DNA of 64,000 bases, taken from Chitinophagales bacterium. Its GTDB lineage: Bacteria; Bacteroidota; Bacteroidia; Chitinophagales; UBA10324. Both the position numbers and the translations under genes were made by a program. Location: positions 1,695 to 65,694 of the forward strand of contig JBDHXV010000007.1 of the NCBI GenBank assembly GCA_039810885.1. Direction: 5' to 3'. Under the pieces are notes generated by a model. The model saw only the letters and a program-made list of their open reading frames with translations, was not told the origin of the DNA and did not search any database. This document shows positions 54,061 to 61,948 of this stretch, piece after piece; position 1 is the first letter of the stretch; every line of letters starts with the position of its first letter.

Positions 54061-54645
54061 TTACGAGTTATTAAATGTGGTCAAGTAGTTTAGGGTATTG
54101 TTTAATAATTGCATTCCTGCAATGGTTAGTACGCTTTCCGGATGAAACTGAAAGCCGATTATAGGATAGTTGCTATGTTCAAAACACATCAACTCGCTCT
54201 CTTTCGTATAGGCCAAAACATTAATAGTTTCAGGAAGGTCAGCCAATACCAGAGAGTGGTAACGCATGGCTTCAAAAGGCAACTTTATATCTTTAAAGAT
54301 AGGGTGGCAATGATAATAGACGGCAGAAGTTTTTCCGTGCATAGGCTTGAGTGCATGCACGAGGCGGGCCCCAAAAAAACTTCCCAGAGCTTGATGGCCT
54401 AAGCAGATCCCAAGCATAGGCTTAGTCGTGTAATGTTGTTGAATAATAGACAATAAGTTGCCGGCTTCGGCGGGAGTTCTTGGCCCCGGTGAAAAAACGA
54501 TAATATCCTTCTGAGCAAACCATTTCTCTGTACCATTGCACTCATCGTTGCGAACGATCTGAATACGATGACCTAAGCGGGCGAAGCAATCATAAAGATT
54601 GTATGTGAACGAGTCGTAATTATCAACCAATAAAATATTCCTCAC
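54061..54645 (-). CDS. pabA: Anthranilate/aminodeoxychorismate synthase glutamine amidotransferase component II
   Basis: Contains GICLGHQ and FQFHPES. Length is 194 aa. TrpG and PabA cannot be distinguished from sequence alone. Confidence 0.8.
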   Translation of the reverse strand: MRNILLVDNYDSFTYNLYDCFARLGHRIQIVRNDECNGTEKWFAQKDIIVFSPGPRTPAEAGNLLSIIQQHYTTKPMLGICLGHQALGSFFGARLVHALKPMHGKTSAVYYHCHPIFKDIKLPFEAMRYHSLVLADLPETINVLAYTKESELMCFEHSNYPIIGFQFHPESVLTIAGMQLLNNTLNYLTTFNNS

Positions 54646-55193
54646 TTGAGCAACTCCGGAATATCGGGCAGGTTAAGGTGATTAAAATATTTTTTTAAAT
54701 CGCTTAATAAGCCTTTTAAGGCAGGCAAGTTGTGATCAATGAAGTTAAAAAATCCAGGAGCGATCGGCTCGGCCAGGCTATACAACTTCGAGCTTGCTTT
54801 AACATCGGGATTAATTAATCCCGCCTGATTAACCAGCCATAAGGCTACGCTGGCCAGCAATAAGAATAGCGTTCCTTTAAATAACGCGCCCGCTATTTTG
54901 TTAATAATGCCTAGTTGAGCTACTGAAATTATTTTGTCAATGAGCTTCGCAAATAAAATAACGAGAATTACTACCCCTGTAAATAACAAGGCAAAAGAAA
55001 CCAGCGGTATGTAGGGGGAGGTAGAATCAAGTGCCGAACGAAGCCATTCAGAACATAGTGCCGAAAGTTTCAGTGCGACAAACAACCCGATTATCCAAGC
55101 AATACCCGAGAATAATGTGAGAATAAATCCTCGCATAAATCCGCGATAACAACCAAACCCGACAACGGCCAAAAGGAATAAGTCGATAACCAC
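54642..55193 (-). CDS. cvpA: CvpA family membrane protein
   Basis: Four hydrophobic helices, 183 aa, CvpA-like N-terminus (DLFLLAVVGFGCYRGFMRGF). Confidence 0.65.
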   Translation of the reverse strand: MVIDLFLLAVVGFGCYRGFMRGFILTLFSGIAWIIGLFVALKLSALCSEWLRSALDSTSPYIPLVSFALLFTGVVILVILFAKLIDKIISVAQLGIINKIAGALFKGTLFLLLASVALWLVNQAGLINPDVKASSKLYSLAEPIAPGFFNFIDHNLPALKGLLSDLKKYFNHLNLPDIPELLK

Positions 55194-55648
55194 TATGAGC
55201 CACTCAATAATTCCTTCACCATAGCGGAAATGCTCTTTCCATCGGCCTTACCGGCTAGCGATTTTGTAGCTACTCCCATAACCTTACCCATATCTGAAGG
55301 AGCGGCAGCGCCAACTTGTGCGATGATTTCGCTCAGCGCATTGCGAAGTTCTTCAACACTCATTTGTGCGGGCAAGAATTTTTCAATGACGGCAATTTCC
55401 TCCTTCTCTTTTTGCGCCAAATCGACACGATTCTCTTTCTCAAATATTTCTAATGCATCCTTACGCTGCTTCACGAGCTTTTGAAGAAGCTTGAGTTCGC
55501 CATCCGCATCGATTTCTCCATTGGCCCCCTTCTCCGTTTTGGCAATAATAATAGCAGCTTTTATAGCGCGAACTCCGCGTAAAGTTGCTTCATCTTTGTT
55601 TTTCATGGCCTCTTTCATTAAGCCCATGATTTGTTGTTCTAATGACAT
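55193..55648 (-). CDS. GatB/YqeY domain-containing protein
   Basis: 151 aa with the typical YqeY pattern (MKEAMKNKDEATLRGVRAIKAAI ... KQRKDALEIF). Confidence 0.8.
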   Translation of the reverse strand: MSLEQQIMGLMKEAMKNKDEATLRGVRAIKAAIIIAKTEKGANGEIDADGELKLLQKLVKQRKDALEIFEKENRVDLAQKEKEEIAVIEKFLPAQMSVEELRNALSEIIAQVGAAAPSDMGKVMGVATKSLAGKADGKSISAMVKELLSGS

Positions 55649-55667
55649 GCGATGTTACATTTAAGTG

Positions 55668-55675
55668 CAAATCTA
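55668..55675 (-). promoter_or_regulatory. Candidate -7 box (TAGATTTG) for the yqeY-cvpA-pabA string
   Basis: Exact TAnnTTTG match, 19 nt upstream of the ATG at 55648. Confidence 0.35.
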
Positions 55676-55712
55676 AAGGCAATAAAAAACAAAATTCGAA
55701 TTGCTTTTTATA

Positions 55713-57854
55713 TCACCAGAGAATGGTCATTTCATTAAATAAGTAAGAGGCCTTTCCCAGTTCATCAATAATATATAACATATAGCGGGTGTCTAATGAA
55801 ATATTGCGACAGCGTGCCGGGTCAAAATAAATATCGCTCATGGTTCCTTCCCATACGCGATCAAAGTTGATACCGACTAGCTCACCCCGTGCATTTAGAA
55901 CCGGGCTTCCGCTGTTCCCTCCCGTTGTGTGATTAGAGGCTATAAAACAAGTATGCAGATTGCCATCCTTATCGCCGTATTTACCAAACTTTTTTTCAGT
56001 TAACATTTTCTCATAGTCCGGAAGTAGAACATAATCATCAGCCGACACGGTATAATATTTTTCGAGAATGCCTTCACTTGTCGAATACCAGTTATATGTA
56101 ACAGCATCATAAGGATTGTAAGACTTTACATTTCCATAAGCAATGCGAAGTGTACTGTTGGCATCGGGGAAGAATTTCTTCTCGGGGAATAGGTGCATTT
56201 GTTCATTCATATATTCCCGATTCAACTCAATAAGAGGTGTGTTAAATTGTTGATATTTATTTACAATGAGTTTGTAATAATTGCGCACAGCTATTGCTAA
56301 TAAGTAAAGAGGGTCTTGTTCTAATTGTTTTTTCGATTTCCGGTTAAGATTTTCAATCCACGTAATTAGGGACTTTTCATTGTTAAGGAAAGAAGAGGGA
56401 TAAGTGGATAGAGCATAAAGATGAATATCGTTTTTGTGCTTTTTTATAGCATCTTCAATAAAGGGAATGCGTAATGAGGCGGGCGTATTTTCCCAATATA
56501 AGGGGATGAGCGCCTCAAATACAGCGGCGTCCGCTTGTTGGTTATAGTCTTTAAAAAAGCCACGGATGTTTTTTTTCCATTCTTCTTTTTTCTCTGCACT
56601 AATAATAAAATTGTTTGCCGAGGCCTGTTGTAAAATATCATTCAACACATAAGCTATTTTGAAAATTTCAGGAGCCATTAATGCCTCAGAAGTATAATCC
56701 AGTATGGGCTGATAAATATGCAATGAATCATAGAATACGTTCATCAACTTTAAAGTCTCTGTTGCATTAAACTCATCGGTGCTGCGTTTCGATATTTCTT
56801 GCTCATAATCTTTCTTAAGTTGTACAACATTACATTCCTGCAGCCCCTTCATTTCTCCCTGCCACTTCTTCCACGCATTACTTACTCCGTTATACTTCGC
56901 TTGATATTGTAATCGAATTGTATCATTTTTCTTCATGAATTGTTGCCAAATATTCAAGCGCATAGTGCGCACCTGCACACGTATAGGATCAGCTACATTC
57001 GCAACTAAGTCAACCGCAAAGGAGGAAAAGTATTGTTGAGTTCGCCCGGGAAAACCATATACCATTGTAAAATCATCTTCTTTAATTCCTCGTGCAGATA
57101 CAGGTAGAAAATATTTAGGCTGGTAGGGGATGTTATCGGGGCTATACTCAGCAGGCTCATTATTATCTTTAGCATAAATGCGGAACAATGAAAAATCTCC
57201 GGTGTGCCGAGGCCAAATCCAGTTGTCGGTGTCGCCGCCATAATTGCCTATACTTATGGGCGGAACTCCCACAAGGCGTATATCTTTGAACTCTTCGGTA
57301 ACGAATAAAAAGTATTGATTGCCATTGTAGAAAGGAACAACATAAGCCCCGTAAGTCGTGCCGCGGATTGCTTCTCCGATTAGAATATTACTGATGCTGT
57401 CCACTATCCGTGTACGGGCGATCTCATCGTGCAAATCACTTGCGAGTGGAATAATCTGAGCACTAACATCTTCTATACTAACGATAAATGTTACAGAAAG
57501 TCCCTTGCAGGGCAGTTCTTCATCTTTACTCTTAGCCCAAAAACCATTTTTGAGATAGTTATTTTCTATAGTGCTTAGGCGTTGAACGTTCCCTAGTCCA
57601 CAATGGTGATTCGTCACTAATAAACCATCTTTGCCAATAACTTCGCCCGTACAACCACCGCCGAATATGACTATAGCATCTTTTATAGAGGGCCGCTCCT
57701 GATTGTAAAGAGTTGTTTTATCAAGCTGAAACCCCTTACTGCGCATATCGTTTATCGTTGCTTCATCTATCAAATTAGGTTGCCACATTCCTTGCGCAAG
57801 TAATGATGCAGCGTATAAAATATTCAGTATCGAAACAAAGAAAAACTTTTCCAT
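55713..57854 (-). CDS. S46 family dipeptidyl-peptidase (DPP7/DPP11-like)
   Basis: Contains LVTNHHCG (His) and the TGGNSGSPVLN Ser motif. Length is 713 aa. Has a signal peptide. Confidence 0.9.
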   Translation of the reverse strand: MEKFFFVSILNILYAASLLAQGMWQPNLIDEATINDMRSKGFQLDKTTLYNQERPSIKDAIVIFGGGCTGEVIGKDGLLVTNHHCGLGNVQRLSTIENNYLKNGFWAKSKDEELPCKGLSVTFIVSIEDVSAQIIPLASDLHDEIARTRIVDSISNILIGEAIRGTTYGAYVVPFYNGNQYFLFVTEEFKDIRLVGVPPISIGNYGGDTDNWIWPRHTGDFSLFRIYAKDNNEPAEYSPDNIPYQPKYFLPVSARGIKEDDFTMVYGFPGRTQQYFSSFAVDLVANVADPIRVQVRTMRLNIWQQFMKKNDTIRLQYQAKYNGVSNAWKKWQGEMKGLQECNVVQLKKDYEQEISKRSTDEFNATETLKLMNVFYDSLHIYQPILDYTSEALMAPEIFKIAYVLNDILQQASANNFIISAEKKEEWKKNIRGFFKDYNQQADAAVFEALIPLYWENTPASLRIPFIEDAIKKHKNDIHLYALSTYPSSFLNNEKSLITWIENLNRKSKKQLEQDPLYLLAIAVRNYYKLIVNKYQQFNTPLIELNREYMNEQMHLFPEKKFFPDANSTLRIAYGNVKSYNPYDAVTYNWYSTSEGILEKYYTVSADDYVLLPDYEKMLTEKKFGKYGDKDGNLHTCFIASNHTTGGNSGSPVLNARGELVGINFDRVWEGTMSDIYFDPARCRNISLDTRYMLYIIDELGKASYLFNEMTILW

Positions 57855-57906
57855 AAGAAGAAACGTGTGCGGCTAAAAATATCAAAAACCACACGACATC
57901 GTCTTC

Positions 57907-58713
57907 CTATGGTTTTACAAACTTGATGATATCATTTCCACACTGCAACAGATATATACCTCTTTCCAAATGATAGCAAGGTATATTAAGGCTAATTTCT
58001 CCAGGCGCAAGAGTGCTTCCATAAGCGAGTTGTCCGCTAACGGTATATAAATTTACACTTCGTACGGCATTAGCCGGATTAATGCTAAGAATTAAATGAC
58101 CATTATCTTGTGATAGAATTCTTAATGTGCTATTTTCTTTAATGGAAGAAATGCCAACGCCCTGTGATGAGTTGAGAGGCAACTTAAATGCATATACATT
58201 GTCGCCCACAACTTGATCATCATTATTTGCCGCTAAGCCGGCTACACAAAACTTTACCGGTCCGGCATCTGTAGCGGGAGCCGTCCAATTAAATGTCCAA
58301 ATGTTTGTATCATCCGCATTCTTATGACCGATATAGGTGATTCCGCCAATCGTTTGGATGCTGGTTGTTGTTGAATTAATGACTGCCAAAGTGCCAACTG
58401 CATTATTGTTGGCATCCACAACCGCCGCTTCAAATCCAAACCGATATTTAGTAGAATCGTTTACCGAAACGCTAACGGTATATTGTGTGCCGGGAGTGTA
58501 TTCCGTTCCGTTGCCGTCATACATTATACTTACAGAACCGGGCCCCGTGTTGGGTTGTGAGTTATGACAAGAAGACACCCCACACCCACCGCCGCCGGGT
58601 ATATAACAGGCGTCGGGTGGCGGTGTGGTAGAATAGGTTAGAGACTCGGTAGTAGATAATAGCACTGCTAGGAATGTAATACTGACGATGGAAGCAAGAG
58701 TAATTATTTTCAT
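57907..58713 (-). CDS. T9SS-secreted protein with Reeler/DOMON-like domain and C-terminal sorting domain
   Basis: Signal peptide present. WTFNWTAPATDAGPVKFCVAG resembles the Reeler-type W-x-AP...G-x-V-x-F block. The C-terminal approximately 75 aa (LYTVSGQL...GIYLLQCGNDIIKFVKP) is T9SS sorting-domain-like. Confidence 0.6.
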   Translation of the reverse strand: MKIITLASIVSITFLAVLLSTTESLTYSTTPPPDACYIPGGGGCGVSSCHNSQPNTGPGSVSIMYDGNGTEYTPGTQYTVSVSVNDSTKYRFGFEAAVVDANNNAVGTLAVINSTTTSIQTIGGITYIGHKNADDTNIWTFNWTAPATDAGPVKFCVAGLAANNDDQVVGDNVYAFKLPLNSSQGVGISSIKENSTLRILSQDNGHLILSINPANAVRSVNLYTVSGQLAYGSTLAPGEISLNIPCYHLERGIYLLQCGNDIIKFVKP

Positions 58714-58898
58714 AAGTTTTAGAAAAATAAAGGTAAAAAGTTATTATTAAGATTAATTATTTTTTCAATGAACATGTGCCCTCCACTTATTTGTTTCTTT
58801 ATAAAAGAAGACGACATTTACTATTATACAAACATTAAGCCTTTTTGATTAATTATTAAAAAGAATTTCGTGTAGAGTGCATGTATTTGATGCTTTTA

Positions 58899-58906
58899 TA
58901 TATTTG
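58899..58906 (+). promoter_or_regulatory. Candidate -7 box (TATATTTG) for the DUF4290 gene
   Basis: Exact TAnnTTTG match, 10 nt upstream of the ATG at 58917. It lies inside the longer track ORF (58881), which supports the shorter start. Confidence 0.4.
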
Positions 58907-58916
58907 TAGCATAATA

Positions 58917-59573
58917 ATGGAATACAATACCACGAGGCCTCAACTGCGGTATACCGAGTACGGCCGTATCATCAAAAGTTACGTGGATCACATTCTCACT
59001 ATTCAAGATCGCGAAAAGCGCACCCGCGCTGCCCGAACGGTAATTGATATGATGATGATGGCAAATCCGCAGTTTAAGAATATTGAAGAGTACAAACACA
59101 AGCTTTGGGATCATCTTTATATTATGAGTGATTTCAAACTGGATGTCGATGCACCTTATCCGGCTCCTCCACCCGAGGCCGCAGACTTTAAGCGACCGGA
59201 GCACATGCATTATCCCGATGGTAAAATCAAGAACCAAACATTTGGCAAAAACTTCGAGCGATTTATTGAGCGCGCAATTGTATGCGATGATCCGGAAAAA
59301 CTAAAAGGATATGCGGAAACTGCAGCTTATTACATCAAGTTGGCTTACCTCAACTGGAACAACGAACACGTTACAGATGAATCAGTGAAATCGGATTTAT
59401 ATAATTTAAGCAATGGTAAACTAAGCGTAGATGAAACATATAACCTTGATAATGTGAAAGGCGGCACGGCGTATCAGCAAAATTATGCCTTAGACAAGAA
59501 GAAAAATAAAAAGCATAAAAAGCAATTTTTTCGCGGTAACAGTGGCGGAAAAAAATTTTTTAAGAAGAGATAA
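58917..59573 (+). CDS. DUF4290 domain-containing protein
   Basis: MEYNTTRPQLRYTEYGRIIKSYVDH...KHKLWDHLYIMSDFKLDVD matches my memory of the Bacteroidota DUF4290 family, which typically precedes murA. Confidence 0.7.
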   Translation: MEYNTTRPQLRYTEYGRIIKSYVDHILTIQDREKRTRAARTVIDMMMMANPQFKNIEEYKHKLWDHLYIMSDFKLDVDAPYPAPPPEAADFKRPEHMHYPDGKIKNQTFGKNFERFIERAIVCDDPEKLKGYAETAAYYIKLAYLNWNNEHVTDESVKSDLYNLSNGKLSVDETYNLDNVKGGTAYQQNYALDKKKNKKHKKQFFRGNSGGKKFFKKR

Positions 59574-59771
59574 CAAAACGCAACACACTCAATTTTGCTA
59601 ATCCGGATTTTAGCAAACAAGGGCTGATATAATCTGGCCATAAGCGAGGTAATACAGCAGATTAACGGATTAAACTATACATCCCACACGCTCACTGTTA
59701 ATCATCATCTCATTTAGAGAATTACGTGCCTCGACTTGCCTTTATTTTAGCAACGCTACAAAAAAGCGTTA

Positions 59772-61085
59772 ATGGCTATGGCTGATATATTTGAAGTAAC
59801 GGGAGGAAAAAAACTAAAAGGAGAAATTGTTCCACAAGGGGCTAAAAATGAAGCATTACAAATACTTTGTGCCACTCTTTTAACAGAGAGAGAAGTTGTC
59901 ATTCATAACATACCGGATATTCTGGATGTGAATATGCTCATAACTCTTATTGCTGACTTTGGAGTAGAAGTAAAAAAGTTAGCCCACGGGTCCTATTCAT
60001 TTAAGGCCGACAATGTTAACCTTGACTACCTTTATTCTGAAGATTACCGATTTAAAGCCGCTCGGTTGCGCGGTTCTATCATGATGATAGGGCCTCTATT
60101 GGCTCGATTCAAAAGAGCCTTTATTCCTAAACCGGGGGGAGACAAAATTGGTCGCAGACGATTAGATACCCACTTCCTTGGATTTGAAAAACTCGGTGCT
60201 CAGTTTAAGTTTAATAACAATGACAATAGCTTCAGCATAGATGCATCTGAACTAAGAGGAACCTATATGCTTCTTGATGAAGCATCTGTCACGGGAACAG
60301 CCAACATAGTTATGGCAGCAGTACTCGCCAAAGGCACAACAACTATTTTTAACGCTGCATGTGAGCCGTATCTGCAACAATTATGTAAAATGCTTGTACG
60401 TATGGGGGCTAGGATAGAAGGAATCGGCTCCAACTTGCTGACTATTCATGGTGTGGACTCTCTGAGTGGAACGGAACACACTTTGTTGAGCGATATGATA
60501 GAAGTGGGCAGCTTCATTGGAATGGCTGCCATGACACAAAGTGAAATCACCATAAAAAATGCACAGCCACACGAGCTTGGAATAATCCCCGACAACTTTC
60601 GTAAACTCGGCATTCAACTTGATATACAAGGAGATGATATTATTGTACCCTATCAAAGGCATTATGAAATCCAAACATTCATTGACGGTTCGGTATTGAC
60701 TATTGCAGATGCTATTTGGCCGGGGCTGACCCCCGATTTGTTATCTGTTATTCTTGTAACCGCAACACAAGCGAAAGGCACAGTTCTAATTCATCAGAAA
60801 ATGTTTGAAAGTCGTCTTTTCTTTGTGGATAAACTGATTGATATGGGGGCTCAAATTATATTGTGCGACCCTCACAGAGCCGCAGTCATCGGCATCAACA
60901 GAGCCTATAAACTTCGTGGTATAAAAATGACTTCTCCGGATATACGTGCAGGCGTTGCACTACTTATTGCTGCAATGAGTGCAGAAGGAGTTAGCACCAT
61001 TAACAATATTAATCAAATTGACCGCGGATATCAAAACATTGAACAACGATTAAATGCATTAGGGGCAGATATAAGCCGGAAGTAA
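59772..61085 (+). CDS. murA: UDP-N-acetylglucosamine 1-carboxyvinyltransferase
   Basis: 437 aa with MurA blocks (GAKNEAL, PGGDKIGRRRLDTH, DRGY). Confidence 0.95.
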   Translation: MAMADIFEVTGGKKLKGEIVPQGAKNEALQILCATLLTEREVVIHNIPDILDVNMLITLIADFGVEVKKLAHGSYSFKADNVNLDYLYSEDYRFKAARLRGSIMMIGPLLARFKRAFIPKPGGDKIGRRRLDTHFLGFEKLGAQFKFNNNDNSFSIDASELRGTYMLLDEASVTGTANIVMAAVLAKGTTTIFNAACEPYLQQLCKMLVRMGARIEGIGSNLLTIHGVDSLSGTEHTLLSDMIEVGSFIGMAAMTQSEITIKNAQPHELGIIPDNFRKLGIQLDIQGDDIIVPYQRHYEIQTFIDGSVLTIADAIWPGLTPDLLSVILVTATQAKGTVLIHQKMFESRLFFVDKLIDMGAQIILCDPHRAAVIGINRAYKLRGIKMTSPDIRAGVALLIAAMSAEGVSTINNINQIDRGYQNIEQRLNALGADISRK

Positions 61086-61118
61086 CGTAGGTCACAATTC
61101 AAATGTATTATGGCATGA

Positions 61119-61126
61119 TATATTTG
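61119..61126 (+). promoter_or_regulatory. Candidate -7 box (TATATTTG) for the thioredoxin-like gene
   Basis: Exact TAnnTTTG match, 5 nt upstream of the ATG at 61132. Confidence 0.4.
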
Positions 61127-61131
61127 CATTT

Positions 61132-61746
61132 ATGATTCAGACACGAACATTCTCTGCGGCTTTTTTCAAAGCATTACCTAATTATACACAATATCGTGCA
61201 CTTGCAGATAAGCTGATTGCAGAAAATAAGACGACCGGAAATAATCAATCCGAAGAATATCTTCAATATACGCGCTTAAACATTAAGCGGATGGAGCGTA
61301 TTGAAAAAACAATGGAACTGTTGCCGGAAGTGAAAGAAGCATTACCCCGAATTAAACAAAAACAAATTTGGGTAATTATCGGCGAAGCTTGGTGCGGCGA
61401 CTGTGCTCAAAATATGCCTTACTTAGCTGCAATGGCCAATGCATCAAACGGACAAATTGATTTACGCGTGGCACTGCGTGACGATAATCCTGAATTTATG
61501 GATGCTCATTTAACAAATGGTGCACGATCAGTTCCTAAATTAATTGCCTTGGACACTCAAACTCTGGCAGAACTCTTTGAATGGGGCTCTCGCCCGGCAG
61601 CGGCACAAGAAATATTAAAACAATATAAAGCGAACAAAGACACGATGACACATGATGACTTTGAAAAGCAACTTCATACATGGTATGCACAAAATAAAGG
61701 GGCAGATATTCAACGTGAATTAATCAAACTGGCCACTAGTATCTAA
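61132..61746 (+). CDS. Thioredoxin-fold family protein
   Basis: Active-site-like EAWCGDCAQ (CxxC). Length is 204 aa. Confidence 0.7.
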   Translation: MIQTRTFSAAFFKALPNYTQYRALADKLIAENKTTGNNQSEEYLQYTRLNIKRMERIEKTMELLPEVKEALPRIKQKQIWVIIGEAWCGDCAQNMPYLAAMANASNGQIDLRVALRDDNPEFMDAHLTNGARSVPKLIALDTQTLAELFEWGSRPAAAQEILKQYKANKDTMTHDDFEKQLHTWYAQNKGADIQRELIKLATSI

Positions 61747-61903
61747 TATATATACATAACTCCGACTTAAAAGGGGGCCAACTCAGAATTGCACTTGCGT
61801 TAGGCATAAGAGTTTTTATAAGGCAAGCTTTAATCACAATCTTGAAAAAGAATTGAACGATAGTTCTCGGCCATCTATTATTTGGTATAGTCATTTTAGC
61901 GAC

Positions 61904-61911
61904 TATATTTG
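61904..61911 (+). promoter_or_regulatory. Candidate -7 box (TATATTTG) for the large surface-protein gene
   Basis: Exact TAnnTTTG match, 37 nt upstream of the ATG at 61949. Confidence 0.35.
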
Positions 61912-61948
61912 AACAACTCCCAACCCGAATTAAGTAATAAATATTAGA

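Noticed and set aside
58881-58916. Longer start (58881) for the DUF4290 gene given in the ORF track
   Set aside because: The extra 12 residues (MYLMLLYICSII) are not family-like, and an exact -7 promoter box (58899-58906) lies inside them. The ATG at 58917 is preferred.
59618-59640. GGGCTGATATAATCTGG resembling the 5' end of tmRNA
   Set aside because: The spacer is only 198 nt, there is no tag reading frame (..ALAA stop), and there is no T-arm/acceptor pairing. The resemblance is coincidental.
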